Shown: piece by piece, positions 20,862-31,099 of the stretch
Numbering within the stretch: the first letter of the stretch is position 1
Layout: the number at the start of each line of letters is the position of its first letter
Source: Thainema sp.
GTDB lineage: Bacteria > Cyanobacteriota > Cyanobacteriia > Phormidesmidales > Phormidesmidaceae
Length of the DNA stretch: 64,000 nt
Assembly (NCBI GenBank): GCA_052168235.1
Contig: JBQLZK010000010.1
Coordinates: 1-64,000 of the forward strand
Direction: 5' to 3'
The notes under the pieces: model-generated
The model's database searches: none
What the model saw: only the letters and a program-made list of their open reading frames with translations
What the model was told of the DNA's origin: nothing
Translations under genes and position numbers: made by a program

Positions 20862-22718
20862 ATGTTTGATACGCTTAAAAAGCTTCTATACATACTTCCC
20901 GCAAGAAATACAGTGCTTCTAGGAATGATGTTGCTTTTTATTGGAGCTTCAAGCCTAGAGGTTTTTGGTATTGGTATCATTGGCCCATTTATTGCACTGG
21001 CAAACGATTTTGATGGCATTCACCAGAACGAAACTTTAAGCTGGGTATTTAAGAATTCAGGAATTAGTAGCGAGGCCCATTTTGTTGGGCTGTTTGGCCT
21101 TTTTGTAATGGCAATTTTTCTATTCAAAACGTTTGTCGCCTGGTTCACACAAGCCTCAATCGTTAAGTTTAGCGATCGCCAACAGTTTCATCTGATTTCT
21201 AGGTTGGTCAAAGCCTATTTAGATGCACCCTACATTTATCACACGCAAAAAAATAGCGCTTCAATTATTGATAACATTCTTGAAATTGCCAACAAGTTCA
21301 CCTTAACTATTCTTACGCCCCTATTAACGACTGTTTCTAATATCTTTGTCTCTTGTGCTTTGTTCGTTCTTCTCTACAAGACAAGCAGTATTACGATGAC
21401 TGTGCTGCTGTTTGTCTTGTTACCTGTTTTTGTATTCTTTAATTCCTTCAGGATTAAGATACAGGATTGGGGAAAGCAGGTTCGTACTAGCAAGGAGGAG
21501 ATTATTCAAACGCTCAATCATGCGTTTGGTGGTATCAAGGAAACCAAAGTCATTGGTTGTGAATCCTTTTTTGAAGCTGAAATTCTGGAAAAAGCTGAAA
21601 AGATGGAAGCAGCGCATGTCAACTTTGCGATCTTCAAAATTCTGCCTCGCTACGTGATGGAAACCGTTATGGTGGCCTGTGTCGTAGGGCTGGTTTCCCT
21701 TTCCTTGCTATTTACTCAAGGGGTTGAAAATCTAACCTCTGTCTTGGGAATTTTTGCTCTAGCATCTATTCGGATGATTCCTGCTGTCAGCAATTCCATT
21801 AATGGTATTAGTCTGCTCAGAAATTCCGACTTTACGATCAAAAGCTTATATGCGGAGATCAAAGATTTGGAGAAGTTAGAGCAAGTCAGTTCTCTTCAGA
21901 AAAAGAGTTTGATATATGGCGTAGACCCGAAGACATTAAATGGCTCTGCCTCTTTCCATAGCGCATCCAAAGTCAACTTGCCTGAAACTTCAAGCTTGAG
22001 CTTTTCTCGTGAAATCATCCTTGATAAAGTCACCTACCAGTATCCAGGTGCGGCTAATTATTCCTTGAAAGATATCTCCCTATCCATTAGTAAAGGGGAA
22101 TCTATTGCGTTTATCGGCAAGTCTGGCGCAGGTAAGACAACTCTAGTAGATGTGATATTAGGTTTGTTATTACCTCAAGAGGGCGATATTAAGGTTGATG
22201 GTTTTTCCATTTATAGCTGTCTGGATGGCTGGAAAGGTTTGATTGGGTATATTCCTCAGTCAATTTTCTTGATTGATGGCACAATTAGACAAAATATTGC
22301 TTTCGGGGTTCCTGACCATCTAGTTGATGAGCAGCGGGTCTTTGATGCGATTCGTTCTGCTCAGCTCGAAGAAGTCATTCAAAGACTGCCAGATGGAATT
22401 CATACGAAAGTGGGAGAACGAGGCATTCTTCTATCAGGAGGGCAAAGGCAGCGCATTGGAATTGCTCGGGCTCTATATCATGAGTGCGAAATTCTGGTGC
22501 TGGATGAAGCAACTGCAGCTCTCGACAATGAAACTGAGCGCCTAGTGACTGAATCTATTCAATCTCTGGGTGGTCAGAAAACGATTATTACGATCGCCCA
22601 TCGCCTAAGTACTATTGAGCACTGCGATCGTATTTATCAACTAGAGCAAGGCAGAATTGTTAAGTCTGGTAGTTATGCAGAAGTTGTCCTCAACAATATT
22701 GAGAATGTTGAGGCTTGA
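20862..22718 (+). CDS. Fused ABC exporter (TMD+NBD), HepA/PglK-like glycan flippase candidate
   Basis: N-terminal TM domain; GKSGAGKTT, LSGGQRQRIGIARA, ILVLDEATAALD, IAHRL; ATG at 20862 preferred over TTG at 20775. Confidence 0.88.
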   Translation: MFDTLKKLLYILPARNTVLLGMMLLFIGASSLEVFGIGIIGPFIALANDFDGIHQNETLSWVFKNSGISSEAHFVGLFGLFVMAIFLFKTFVAWFTQASIVKFSDRQQFHLISRLVKAYLDAPYIYHTQKNSASIIDNILEIANKFTLTILTPLLTTVSNIFVSCALFVLLYKTSSITMTVLLFVLLPVFVFFNSFRIKIQDWGKQVRTSKEEIIQTLNHAFGGIKETKVIGCESFFEAEILEKAEKMEAAHVNFAIFKILPRYVMETVMVACVVGLVSLSLLFTQGVENLTSVLGIFALASIRMIPAVSNSINGISLLRNSDFTIKSLYAEIKDLEKLEQVSSLQKKSLIYGVDPKTLNGSASFHSASKVNLPETSSLSFSREIILDKVTYQYPGAANYSLKDISLSISKGESIAFIGKSGAGKTTLVDVILGLLLPQEGDIKVDGFSIYSCLDGWKGLIGYIPQSIFLIDGTIRQNIAFGVPDHLVDEQRVFDAIRSAQLEEVIQRLPDGIHTKVGERGILLSGGQRQRIGIARALYHECEILVLDEATAALDNETERLVTESIQSLGGQKTIITIAHRLSTIEHCDRIYQLEQGRIVKSGSYAEVVLNNIENVEA

Positions 22719-22737
22719 AACTATTATTGAGGACTTT

Positions 22738-23625
22738 ATGGCACTACCTAATTTTTTGATTATTGGGACGGCAAAAGGCGGAACTACATCCCTTTATTAC
22801 TATTTAAATCAGCATCCTCAGATCTTCATGAGTCCTGTTAAGGAACCTCGCTTTTTCGCACTAGAAGGTGAAGACCTTAACTTTTGCAGTCCTGACGAAC
22901 TCTTTACTGAAAACTCTGTAGTCACCTTTAGCGAGTATTGCAACTTATTTAGCGGTGTCACCAATGAATTAGCCATTGGTGAAGCATCTCCTCTATACCT
23001 GTATAGCCACAAAGCACCTGCTCGTATCAAACACTATATTCCTGACGTTAAGTTAATTGCAATTATCCGTGATCCTGTAGAAAGGGCCTATGCGAGCTAC
23101 ATGCATTATGTCCGTGAAGGGTATGAAAAACTTTCCTTTTCAGAAGCCCTGGCTGAGGAAGAAAAACGGATTCATGAGAATTGGGTTTACATGTGGTATT
23201 ACAAGCGCTGCGGATACTATTATGAGCAGGTCAAGCGATATTTAGAAACTTTCGAGTCTTCACAAGTAAAAATACTTTTATATGATGATTTGAAGCGAGA
23301 TACTTTATCTGTACTCAAAGAAATTTATGATTTCATAGGGGTTGATAATAGCTTTGTCCCTGATCTTTCGGTTTTGAATGCATCAGGCGTTCCTAAGTTT
23401 CGTTTCTTATATAATCTGCTTGATCGAGGTAATCCTCTGCGAGGCATGCTTAAGATACTGCCCCAAGATTTACGCAGATCAGTTGCTAATCCTCTGAGAA
23501 AATGGAATTTAGATAAACCTCCTATGCCAGTAGAAGCAAAGGACGATTTGAGACAGCTTTACCAAGATGACATTCTAAAACTTCAAGATCTAATTCAGCG
23601 TGACCTTTCAGCTTGGTTAGCTTAA
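22738..23625 (+). CDS. Sulfotransferase (Sulfotransfer_1, heparan-sulfotransferase-like motif set)
   Basis: LPNFLIIGTAKGGTTSL, KEPRFF, GEASPLY, IRDPVERAYASY; ATG at 22738 follows GAGGA. Confidence 0.9.
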   Translation: MALPNFLIIGTAKGGTTSLYYYLNQHPQIFMSPVKEPRFFALEGEDLNFCSPDELFTENSVVTFSEYCNLFSGVTNELAIGEASPLYLYSHKAPARIKHYIPDVKLIAIIRDPVERAYASYMHYVREGYEKLSFSEALAEEEKRIHENWVYMWYYKRCGYYYEQVKRYLETFESSQVKILLYDDLKRDTLSVLKEIYDFIGVDNSFVPDLSVLNASGVPKFRFLYNLLDRGNPLRGMLKILPQDLRRSVANPLRKWNLDKPPMPVEAKDDLRQLYQDDILKLQDLIQRDLSAWLA

Positions 23626-23733
23626 AGCGCTTACCTTGTATTTCACATACTTGGCTATCTTTTTTTGGCTTCCAGTACTTGTTGAATCAACTCTCACATG
23701 ACCTGATCTTACGCGTATCGCTTATTAATCCTT

Positions 23734-24825
23734 ATGAGTTATCAACCTCTAGTTAGCATTATCGTCAATAACTATAACTATCAACGTTTTTTGTCCGAGG
23801 CGATTGATAGTGCTTTGGCTCAAACCTATTCAAACCTTGAGGTGATTATTGTTGATGATGGATCGATCGACAATTCTCAAGATCTAATCAATAGCTACGG
23901 CACTCGAGTGAAGGCGATCTTTAAGGAGAATGGAGGTCAGGCTTCAGCCTTTAATGCTGGATTTGAGGCAAGCCGAGGCGAAATTATTTTGTTTTTAGAC
24001 GCTGATGATTTATTACTGGCTGAGGCTGTCGAAAAAATCGTATCAGTGTGGAAACCCGGTGTATCTAAAATTCACTTTTTACTGAATGGAATTGATGCAC
24101 AGGGTGAACCTCTTGGATATACTTATCCATCACGTGGAGAATATTTAGGTCGAGGTAATGTAGTTCCTGTTCTACTGGAACGAGGAGTTTATGGCGTTGC
24201 TCCAACCAGTGGAAATGCCCTGTCTCGTAGTGCGCTTGATGCTATTTTCCCCATTCCAGCAGACAAATATAAAATTTCTGCAGACGGCTATCTTGCTACC
24301 TCGATTGTATTTTACGGAGAGGTTGTTGCCATTGAGAATGCACTGGGTGCTTATCGCGTCCATGGCAGCAATAACTGGGGAACTTCAATGGATGGTAAAA
24401 AATTTCGATCATTCATTGAACATGATTTGAGAAAGATGGAACTCATCACAGATAAGGCAAATGAATTTGGGTATAGTGTTCCATCGGACCTTCTGCTTCA
24501 CACAAATACGCATTTATGGGCAAGATTAGCATCCTTACGTCTTGATCCCTCTAATCATCCAGTCGCCTCAGATACAGTTTGGAATCTTACTTACTACGGC
24601 ATCCAGTCGGCTTGCCGGTATTCCAGCTTAAATCCTAAAAAGCGAGTCATTATTTCCCTGTGGTTTTTGATGGTAAGTTTTCTACCATTATCTTTAGCTA
24701 AACCTTTAATTAGTTGGTTATTTGCTCAAGAAAGTCGTCCTAAGTTCGTTGAGCAAATTTTAGGTTTACTGCGTCCATTGCTAAATCGTCCTAAAAGTGC
24801 CCAGCCTAAAGGGGAACTTGCATGA
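23734..24825 (+). CDS. GT2 family glycosyltransferase
   Basis: LVSIIVNNYNY, VDDGSID, ENGGQASAFNAG, FLDADD. Confidence 0.92.
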   Translation: MSYQPLVSIIVNNYNYQRFLSEAIDSALAQTYSNLEVIIVDDGSIDNSQDLINSYGTRVKAIFKENGGQASAFNAGFEASRGEIILFLDADDLLLAEAVEKIVSVWKPGVSKIHFLLNGIDAQGEPLGYTYPSRGEYLGRGNVVPVLLERGVYGVAPTSGNALSRSALDAIFPIPADKYKISADGYLATSIVFYGEVVAIENALGAYRVHGSNNWGTSMDGKKFRSFIEHDLRKMELITDKANEFGYSVPSDLLLHTNTHLWARLASLRLDPSNHPVASDTVWNLTYYGIQSACRYSSLNPKKRVIISLWFLMVSFLPLSLAKPLISWLFAQESRPKFVEQILGLLRPLLNRPKSAQPKGELA

Positions 24826-25892
24826 ATGCTCAACCGTTAGTAAGCGTCATCATTAATAACTACAACTATGCTCAGTTTGTTGCTCAAGCAATTAATAGTG
24901 TTTTAGAGCAAACATACTCAAACTGTGAAATCCTAGTTGTAGATGATGGCTCAACGGATAGTTCTCGGCAAGTTATAGAATCATTTGGGAAAAAGGTGTG
25001 TTCTATTTTCCAGAAAAATGGAAAACAGGCAGCAGCTCTTAATACAGGTTTTGAAAATAGTCGCGGAGATATCATCATCTTTTTGGACTCAGATGATTAT
25101 TTACTACCCGATGCCATTGAGAAGGTAGTTACAGCCTTTCAGGAAGGGGTGGGGAAAGTGCATTATCGGCTACAGGTCGTTGATGGAAATAACCAGTCTT
25201 TAGGTTACTTTATTCCCTCGGTGGGCATGAAGCTAGCAACAGGAGAGGTTTGGCATCAGCTTTTGAAGACCAGTAGCTATGTAAGTTCTCCAATGAGCGG
25301 CAATGCGTATTTACGGAAAACTTTAATTCCGATTTTTCCAATTCCAGATGCTTACAAAACTACTGCAGATGACTACTTAATGATTTCAACTCCCTTTTAC
25401 GCACAATCCTTAGCGTCTCTTGATGAGCCCATTGGAGCCTATCGCGTCCATGAGAGTAATCAGTGGGCTCTTAGCAGTGTTTCTGGTAGCCGTTTTCGAC
25501 GTTTTGTTCAGCATGACTTGCAAAACTTTGCTCTGTTGAAACAGCGATCGCAAGAAGCAGGGATTGAATTTACAGAGGATCTTGAACACAGATCTCTTGG
25601 TCGAGTATGGTCTCGGCTAGCTTCCCTACGGCTAGAGCCTGAAGAACATCCTGTCAAGTCTGATAATGTGTTGCAGCTATTATCGTGGGGATTGCAAGCT
25701 CTCTGGCTTTTTTCAAGCCACAATATTCCTAAAAAAATAATTTATAGTCTCTTATTTTTATGGGTTAGTTTTATGCCAGTTCCTTTGGCAAAGCAAGGAT
25801 TAACTTGGTTATATGCTCCCCATTTAAGACCTAAGGTCATAGACCAGGTTATTACTAAAGTGAGAACTTTAGTAACACAGAGCTATGTATAA
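24822..25892 (+). CDS. GT2 family glycosyltransferase (paralog of upstream gene, ATGA overlap)
   Basis: LVSVIINNYNY, VDDGSTD, FLDSDD; shares W.RLASLRL.P..HPV.SD with the upstream GT2. Confidence 0.92.
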   Translation: MNAQPLVSVIINNYNYAQFVAQAINSVLEQTYSNCEILVVDDGSTDSSRQVIESFGKKVCSIFQKNGKQAAALNTGFENSRGDIIIFLDSDDYLLPDAIEKVVTAFQEGVGKVHYRLQVVDGNNQSLGYFIPSVGMKLATGEVWHQLLKTSSYVSSPMSGNAYLRKTLIPIFPIPDAYKTTADDYLMISTPFYAQSLASLDEPIGAYRVHESNQWALSSVSGSRFRRFVQHDLQNFALLKQRSQEAGIEFTEDLEHRSLGRVWSRLASLRLEPEEHPVKSDNVLQLLSWGLQALWLFSSHNIPKKIIYSLLFLWVSFMPVPLAKQGLTWLYAPHLRPKVIDQVITKVRTLVTQSYV

Positions 25893-25926
25893 GTTGGTTA
25901 TCATCCTAGGTCAGGTGTAATTTCAA

Positions 25927-26610
25927 ATGATTATCTCTCACAAACATAAATTTATTTTTATTAAGACAGAGAAGACCGCTGGGACAAGTATCGAAATTGC
26001 ACTTTCCAAAGTTTGTGGGGATGATGATATCATCACACCTCTCATCCTGGAAGATGAACAGGCTAGACAGAAAGTTGCTAATAGAGGAGCACAAAATTAT
26101 TGGGTTGATTTTGGAAAGTATACTCTTAAAGATTGGGCAAAACTTTTGATTAAAGGCAAACGGAGGTCTTTTTATCACCACATTGGAGCGCAGGAAGTCA
26201 AGCAGCTAATTGCACCAGAAGTTTGGAATTCCTACTATAAGTTTGCATTTGAGAGAAATCCCTGGGATAAAACAATTTCGTGGTACTACTGGACTTATAA
26301 GTCTGAACCAAGGCCCTCCCTCAAAGAATTCATTCAATCTGGCCGTGCAGGGCAAGTGAAAGGATGGAGCCTTTATACAATTGATGACAAGATTGTGGTT
26401 GATAAAGTTGCTTACTTCGAGAACTTAGACCAGGAGATAGAAGAAATTTCCACAGTCCTAAATTTACCGGAAAAACTAGAAATACCACGGAGTAAAAGTG
26501 GCTTTCGAAAAGCCAAAAAAAGCTACAAAGAATTATTAGACGAGGAAGATAAAAAGCAACTCGATCAAATTTTTGAAAAAGAAATTGGACACTTTGGTTA
26601 TACATTCTAG
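25927..26610 (+). CDS. Sulfotransferase (Sulfotransfer_2 / chondroitin-4-O-sulfotransferase-like)
   Basis: MIISHKHKFIFIKTEKTAGTSIE and FERNPWDKTISWYY are characteristic of this family. Confidence 0.85.
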   Translation: MIISHKHKFIFIKTEKTAGTSIEIALSKVCGDDDIITPLILEDEQARQKVANRGAQNYWVDFGKYTLKDWAKLLIKGKRRSFYHHIGAQEVKQLIAPEVWNSYYKFAFERNPWDKTISWYYWTYKSEPRPSLKEFIQSGRAGQVKGWSLYTIDDKIVVDKVAYFENLDQEIEEISTVLNLPEKLEIPRSKSGFRKAKKSYKELLDEEDKKQLDQIFEKEIGHFGYTF

Positions 26611-26808
26611 TGTGTCACATGCTACGGTCTGCATAATGTGTACTTACAGGTTCTTGTGTTGAGGGTTCAGCGCCATGACTCTTGAATTCTTTAAGTCTCA
26701 GACAGCACAGGAACGAGCGATCGCTAGTAATCTTTTTTCCCAAGCATTCTCCTCGAAAAGAATCTAACTGTAAAATACTGCAGTTGTTTAAAATCATATG
26801 TAAGGCTT

Positions 26809-27756
26809 ATGAATATTAAAAAAGTAGAATATTTAGTTCGTAGATCAAGAGAAAAACTGTGGGATATTGTTGACGATACTGTCAGGCTTTGGTCATCTAA
26901 AGATGCTTTTGGTAATCATTTTGTTAATCAGAAAGAAATTCGAGTACTGGGGTTAAGGCGCTCTGGTAATCATGGAATTGTTAACTGGATATGTAAACAG
27001 TCCCCTGAGAATCATGTTTTTATTAATCATTGCAGAGTAAAGGATAACCCCTATCGCAATGTTTACAGAGATCAAATTTTTCTCCAAAAAAATTCAGGCT
27101 TAAAGGGTTGGAGATGTGAAAATATTAATTGGTGGAAGCAGGAATCCCAGGGAAATTTCTCTCCTAAAGATTGCTTGATTTATAGCTATGAAGATCAAGA
27201 AATTTCTCGTGTTTCTCATCCGTCTTTCGAGTATAAGCATGATTTGTATCTAGGCAAGAGCAAAGTAAGATTTGATGTTATTATTATTCGCGATCCCTTC
27301 AATTTAATTGCCAGCAGAATTAAAGGCAACATTGTCAGAGAGAATGCCCGAAATTTTGATCTTTTAAAAGTGTATTCTAAGACTATAAATTTGCCTGAGA
27401 TGTGGCTTGCTTACGCGAAAGAATGTTTAGGAGAAACCAATTATTTGAATAACCATAAAGTGATTATCCGATACAATTCCTGGTTTTCTGATGAGTCATA
27501 TCGTCAATCTATTGCCGAACAAATGGGACTTGATTTTTCTGATGCTGGCTTTGATGAAGTCGTTCGTGCTGGTGGTATTGGAAGTTCTTTTGACGGTACT
27601 GACTTCAGTGGTAAGGCTTCTGAAATGGAGGTGCTCACCAGGTGGAAACATTTAGTGGACAATTCTTTGTTTAGAGAAATGATTAGCACACCGGGATTGA
27701 TAGACTACTCGGAAAAGCTATTTGGCTATATTCCTGGTACTGAAATTTTAAAGTAA
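26809..27756 (+). CDS. Sulfotransferase-like P-loop protein (variant PSB loop)
   Basis: VLGLRRSGNHGIVNWI and IIRDPFNLIASR resemble the 5'-PSB and 3'-PB motifs. Confidence 0.65.
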   Translation: MNIKKVEYLVRRSREKLWDIVDDTVRLWSSKDAFGNHFVNQKEIRVLGLRRSGNHGIVNWICKQSPENHVFINHCRVKDNPYRNVYRDQIFLQKNSGLKGWRCENINWWKQESQGNFSPKDCLIYSYEDQEISRVSHPSFEYKHDLYLGKSKVRFDVIIIRDPFNLIASRIKGNIVRENARNFDLLKVYSKTINLPEMWLAYAKECLGETNYLNNHKVIIRYNSWFSDESYRQSIAEQMGLDFSDAGFDEVVRAGGIGSSFDGTDFSGKASEMEVLTRWKHLVDNSLFREMISTPGLIDYSEKLFGYIPGTEILK

Positions 27757-27793
27757 AAGTTGCGATTGTTTGATTCCTGTATGCTAAACCCCT

Positions 27794-28969
27794 ATGAAAG
27801 TAGCCATTTTGCGAAGATTTCCCAAAGCCTCTGTCAGTATGGATGTCTATACTGCGGGCTTAATGCGTGGTTTAATGGCGGTTCGCCCAGATTGGGAATT
27901 TATTGAGCTTTATCCATCTCTATCTACAAAAAGTTCAACGAGCTTTAGCTTCATAGATGGAATTCAGAAATACTATGAACGATATTGGCGTTTTCCTAAC
28001 AATTTGAAGCACATTGAGGCTGATATCTTCCATATTATTGACCACAGCGATGGCTACCTGAGTCGCTGGTTGCAGAATTATCGATATCCTAATATTGTTA
28101 CTTGCCACGACCTTATCAATTTAATTAATCCCGAGACTTTTCAGGGACGGGCTCGCTTGCCCTTAGTCAGTATGACGGCTTGGCGTTGGGGAGTAGAAGG
28201 AATGCGCCATGCCGACCATGTCATCACTGTATCTTCTTATACCAAGCAAGATGTGGTTCAACATTTAGGGATTACATCTTCAACCATCACTGTAATTCCT
28301 AACGCTGTTGATACTGTATTTCGGTGTTTGCCAGCAGAGGAAATCCAATCTGTTCGTAATCATTATGGCTTAACTTCTGATACGCTATGCCTGTTAAATG
28401 TAGGTTCTAATAATTCACGCAAAAATATTTCAGGTATTTTAGCTGCTATTGTCAAGCTTAATGACCAAGAAATTCCTGTTCATTTCTGGAAAGTCGGAGC
28501 AGATTTCAATGCTGAACAAAAACAGTTTATTCAGGATCATGCCTTGAGTTCTTGTGTTTCATATCTAGGCCAACCTGACGAGCCGCATTTGGTACAGCTC
28601 TATAATGCTGCTGACTGTTTGATGGCTCCTTCTTTTTATGAAGGCTTTGGGCTGACTATTCTTGAGGGTATGGCTTGTGGAACACCGGTAGTCACAGCAA
28701 ATATTTCAGCAATGCCAGAGGTTGCAGGAGATTCAGCAATTTTAGTAGATCCCTTTGATGTAAGCGCGATCGCCCAAGCAGTCCATAACCTTTATCGTAA
28801 TCCAAGCTTATGCCAAGAACTGGTCCATAAAGGACTTGAGCATGTGAAACGTTTTACCTGGGAAGGAACTGGCGAGCAAGTCGCTAAAGTTTATGAGAAA
28901 GTATTAGAAAGTTCAAGTATTTCAAAGCCAAAGTCTGTTTTTCTTGAGTCTACAAATTGGCCCTTATAA
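27794..28969 (+). CDS. GT4 family glycosyltransferase (MtfB-like)
   Basis: TCHDLI, ITVS, RKN, PSFYEGFGLTILEGMACGTPVV. Confidence 0.92.
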   Translation: MKVAILRRFPKASVSMDVYTAGLMRGLMAVRPDWEFIELYPSLSTKSSTSFSFIDGIQKYYERYWRFPNNLKHIEADIFHIIDHSDGYLSRWLQNYRYPNIVTCHDLINLINPETFQGRARLPLVSMTAWRWGVEGMRHADHVITVSSYTKQDVVQHLGITSSTITVIPNAVDTVFRCLPAEEIQSVRNHYGLTSDTLCLLNVGSNNSRKNISGILAAIVKLNDQEIPVHFWKVGADFNAEQKQFIQDHALSSCVSYLGQPDEPHLVQLYNAADCLMAPSFYEGFGLTILEGMACGTPVVTANISAMPEVAGDSAILVDPFDVSAIAQAVHNLYRNPSLCQELVHKGLEHVKRFTWEGTGEQVAKVYEKVLESSSISKPKSVFLESTNWPL

Positions 28970-29007
28970 TCAGTTCTATTCTACTAAATATACTCAGGTG
29001 ATAGAGC

Positions 29008-29898
29008 ATGAGCTATCAACTTCAAGATATTGTTCGACTACATGGTCGTGATACGATCTTTGCCACGAAATATTGGCGCGATAAATTAGTAAATCAGTTA
29101 CAAAATAAAGGTCCTAAAAGATTTGTAATTTGCAACTCTTACCCTAAAAGTGGCACTCATTTACTTTATCAAATTCTATATTCTATTCCTAGCTTGTATA
29201 AATGGGACGACATTGTCTCTGTACAAGCACTTTGTGGCGTAATGAATACAGCTTCCCATGTCCGATGGAAAGTGGGATCTGCTCCTGACGGTTCGATTGT
29301 TAGAAGCCATTTGATGTATTGCAATGAAGTATTAGAGATATTTCAGGAGTTCAATTGCAAAATTTTCTTCATCTATCGTGACTTACGAGATGTGGCTGTT
29401 TCTCACGCTCGCTGGATTACCAAAGAAGAGCGTATTTTCTTACATAAGATTTATGAAACATATCCTGATTTTGATGCTCAGCTAATGAGCTCTATTAAAG
29501 GCGTTCCTTTAGGTAGCCCTTTTGGATCAAATCTATCGCAGCCAGATGTGGGAACTGATTTTTCTCGCTGGCGAGGATGGGTCACTGATCCTAATACATA
29601 TGCGGTTAAATTTGAGGACTTAGTAGGTGAACGGGGCGGGGGTTCTGAAGAAAAGCGCCTTTATATTGTGGAGCAAATTTTAGCCCATTTAGAGATCAAC
29701 CTATCTCTGGAGCAGATCAAATCTCAGTTTGCATCCTATGTGCTTAACCCTGAAGAGTCTCATACCTTTAAAAAAGGAGGAAAAGGAAGTATTGGTGGTT
29801 GGCAAGCCTTTTTTAAGGAAGAGCATAAGCAGGCCTTTAAGGAGGTCGCAGGAAAAGTATTGATAGAGCTGGGATATGAGCAAGATTTAAGTTGGTAG
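29008..29898 (+). CDS. Sulfotransferase (cytosolic-SULT-like motif set)
   Basis: CNSYPKSGTHLL, YRDLRDVAVS, VKFEDL, C-terminal KGSIGGW. Confidence 0.87.
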   Translation: MSYQLQDIVRLHGRDTIFATKYWRDKLVNQLQNKGPKRFVICNSYPKSGTHLLYQILYSIPSLYKWDDIVSVQALCGVMNTASHVRWKVGSAPDGSIVRSHLMYCNEVLEIFQEFNCKIFFIYRDLRDVAVSHARWITKEERIFLHKIYETYPDFDAQLMSSIKGVPLGSPFGSNLSQPDVGTDFSRWRGWVTDPNTYAVKFEDLVGERGGGSEEKRLYIVEQILAHLEINLSLEQIKSQFASYVLNPEESHTFKKGGKGSIGGWQAFFKEEHKQAFKEVAGKVLIELGYEQDLSW

Positions 29899-29987
29899 CC
29901 AGGATTACATTTCTCCTGTTCTAGATTCATGTACGTTGGGAATATACCCACCAAAGGAGATAAAAAAGTCGTTTATTCAGCAGAACA

Positions 29988-31010
29988 ATGAAGTCGAAAA
30001 CTCAGTTCAAACTTCCAAATCTTTTTATGGTAAGTTCAGGTCGCTCAGGGACTACTTTGCTGGCTTCAATGCTGAATGCCAGTGATCAGTTGTATATTCC
30101 TTATGAGAGTGACTTTATCGCCAGAGCATATCCTTACCTTAAGGATAAAGATTCTTTAGATATTCATGATTACAAGCTGATTGCCAAGTTGTTCAAAATC
30201 ACAGCTAAACAGAATGGCTGGGGGATGTCTGAGAAATATCTTATTGACTACCTAAAGCAGAAAAAACCTCGGGATTTTGCAGAAGTTAACTCAGCCATCT
30301 ATGAAGCATTTCACGTCCAAGAGGGTACAGATCAGTTGAAGTGGGGCATTAAAGCTCCTGTCTTAATTGCCAGCCTGGATAGAATTAATGATGTTTGTCC
30401 TACTTCAAAGATTACTCACATTGTTCGGGATGGCCGAGATGTTTATCTATCTTATAAGAAGATTCATGAAACTAGTGAAGTGAAATTTGGCCCTAAGGGG
30501 GTGATTGCTAATGCTTTGTACTGGGTTGATGGACTGAGGAGAGTTGAGGAACTGTCTAATTCCTATGCTAATGTTCGTATTTTTGAACTGCGTTATAAAG
30601 ATCTTCTAGCGGAACCTGGCAAGAAACTGCACCAACTTTGTGACTTTCTTGCAATTAAATACAAGCCTGATATGCATGAGAAGTTTAATCAAAATCATCG
30701 AAATAAAAAGGTAGCTCCTGATCAGTTTCAGCAAAGTATCCATAAAAAGCTACACGGTGGCTTGGATCCAAAAAACACAGGCAAATATCATGCCAAAATG
30801 TCCAGGTATGATATTTTTACCTTTGAACTGATTGCTGCTCCTTATTTAGCAAAGTACTGTTACCAGCTTCAGTACCCTATCCTCAATTCCTTCTGGTTTA
30901 CGCCCATTAGAGCTTTTTTATACTTTTTAGCTCGCCTATTTAATGATTGGCGCTATTCTCAGCGCGATCGCAAGATGTATCGTATCGCCAGCAAAGCTTT
31001 ACAGAATTAA
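29988..31010 (+). CDS. Sulfotransferase (Sulfotransfer_3-like)
   Basis: VSSGRSGTTLLASML, WGIKAP, IVRDGRDVYLS, LRYKDLLAEP. Confidence 0.88.
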   Translation: MKSKTQFKLPNLFMVSSGRSGTTLLASMLNASDQLYIPYESDFIARAYPYLKDKDSLDIHDYKLIAKLFKITAKQNGWGMSEKYLIDYLKQKKPRDFAEVNSAIYEAFHVQEGTDQLKWGIKAPVLIASLDRINDVCPTSKITHIVRDGRDVYLSYKKIHETSEVKFGPKGVIANALYWVDGLRRVEELSNSYANVRIFELRYKDLLAEPGKKLHQLCDFLAIKYKPDMHEKFNQNHRNKKVAPDQFQQSIHKKLHGGLDPKNTGKYHAKMSRYDIFTFELIAAPYLAKYCYQLQYPILNSFWFTPIRAFLYFLARLFNDWRYSQRDRKMYRIASKALQN

Positions 31011-31099
31011 TAAACCCTTTGCTGCAAAAACATATTATGTTTGTCTTGGTCACTTAAGTGCCGGACTATTACGACTTATTTGTAAAGCTGGAAAAACCT

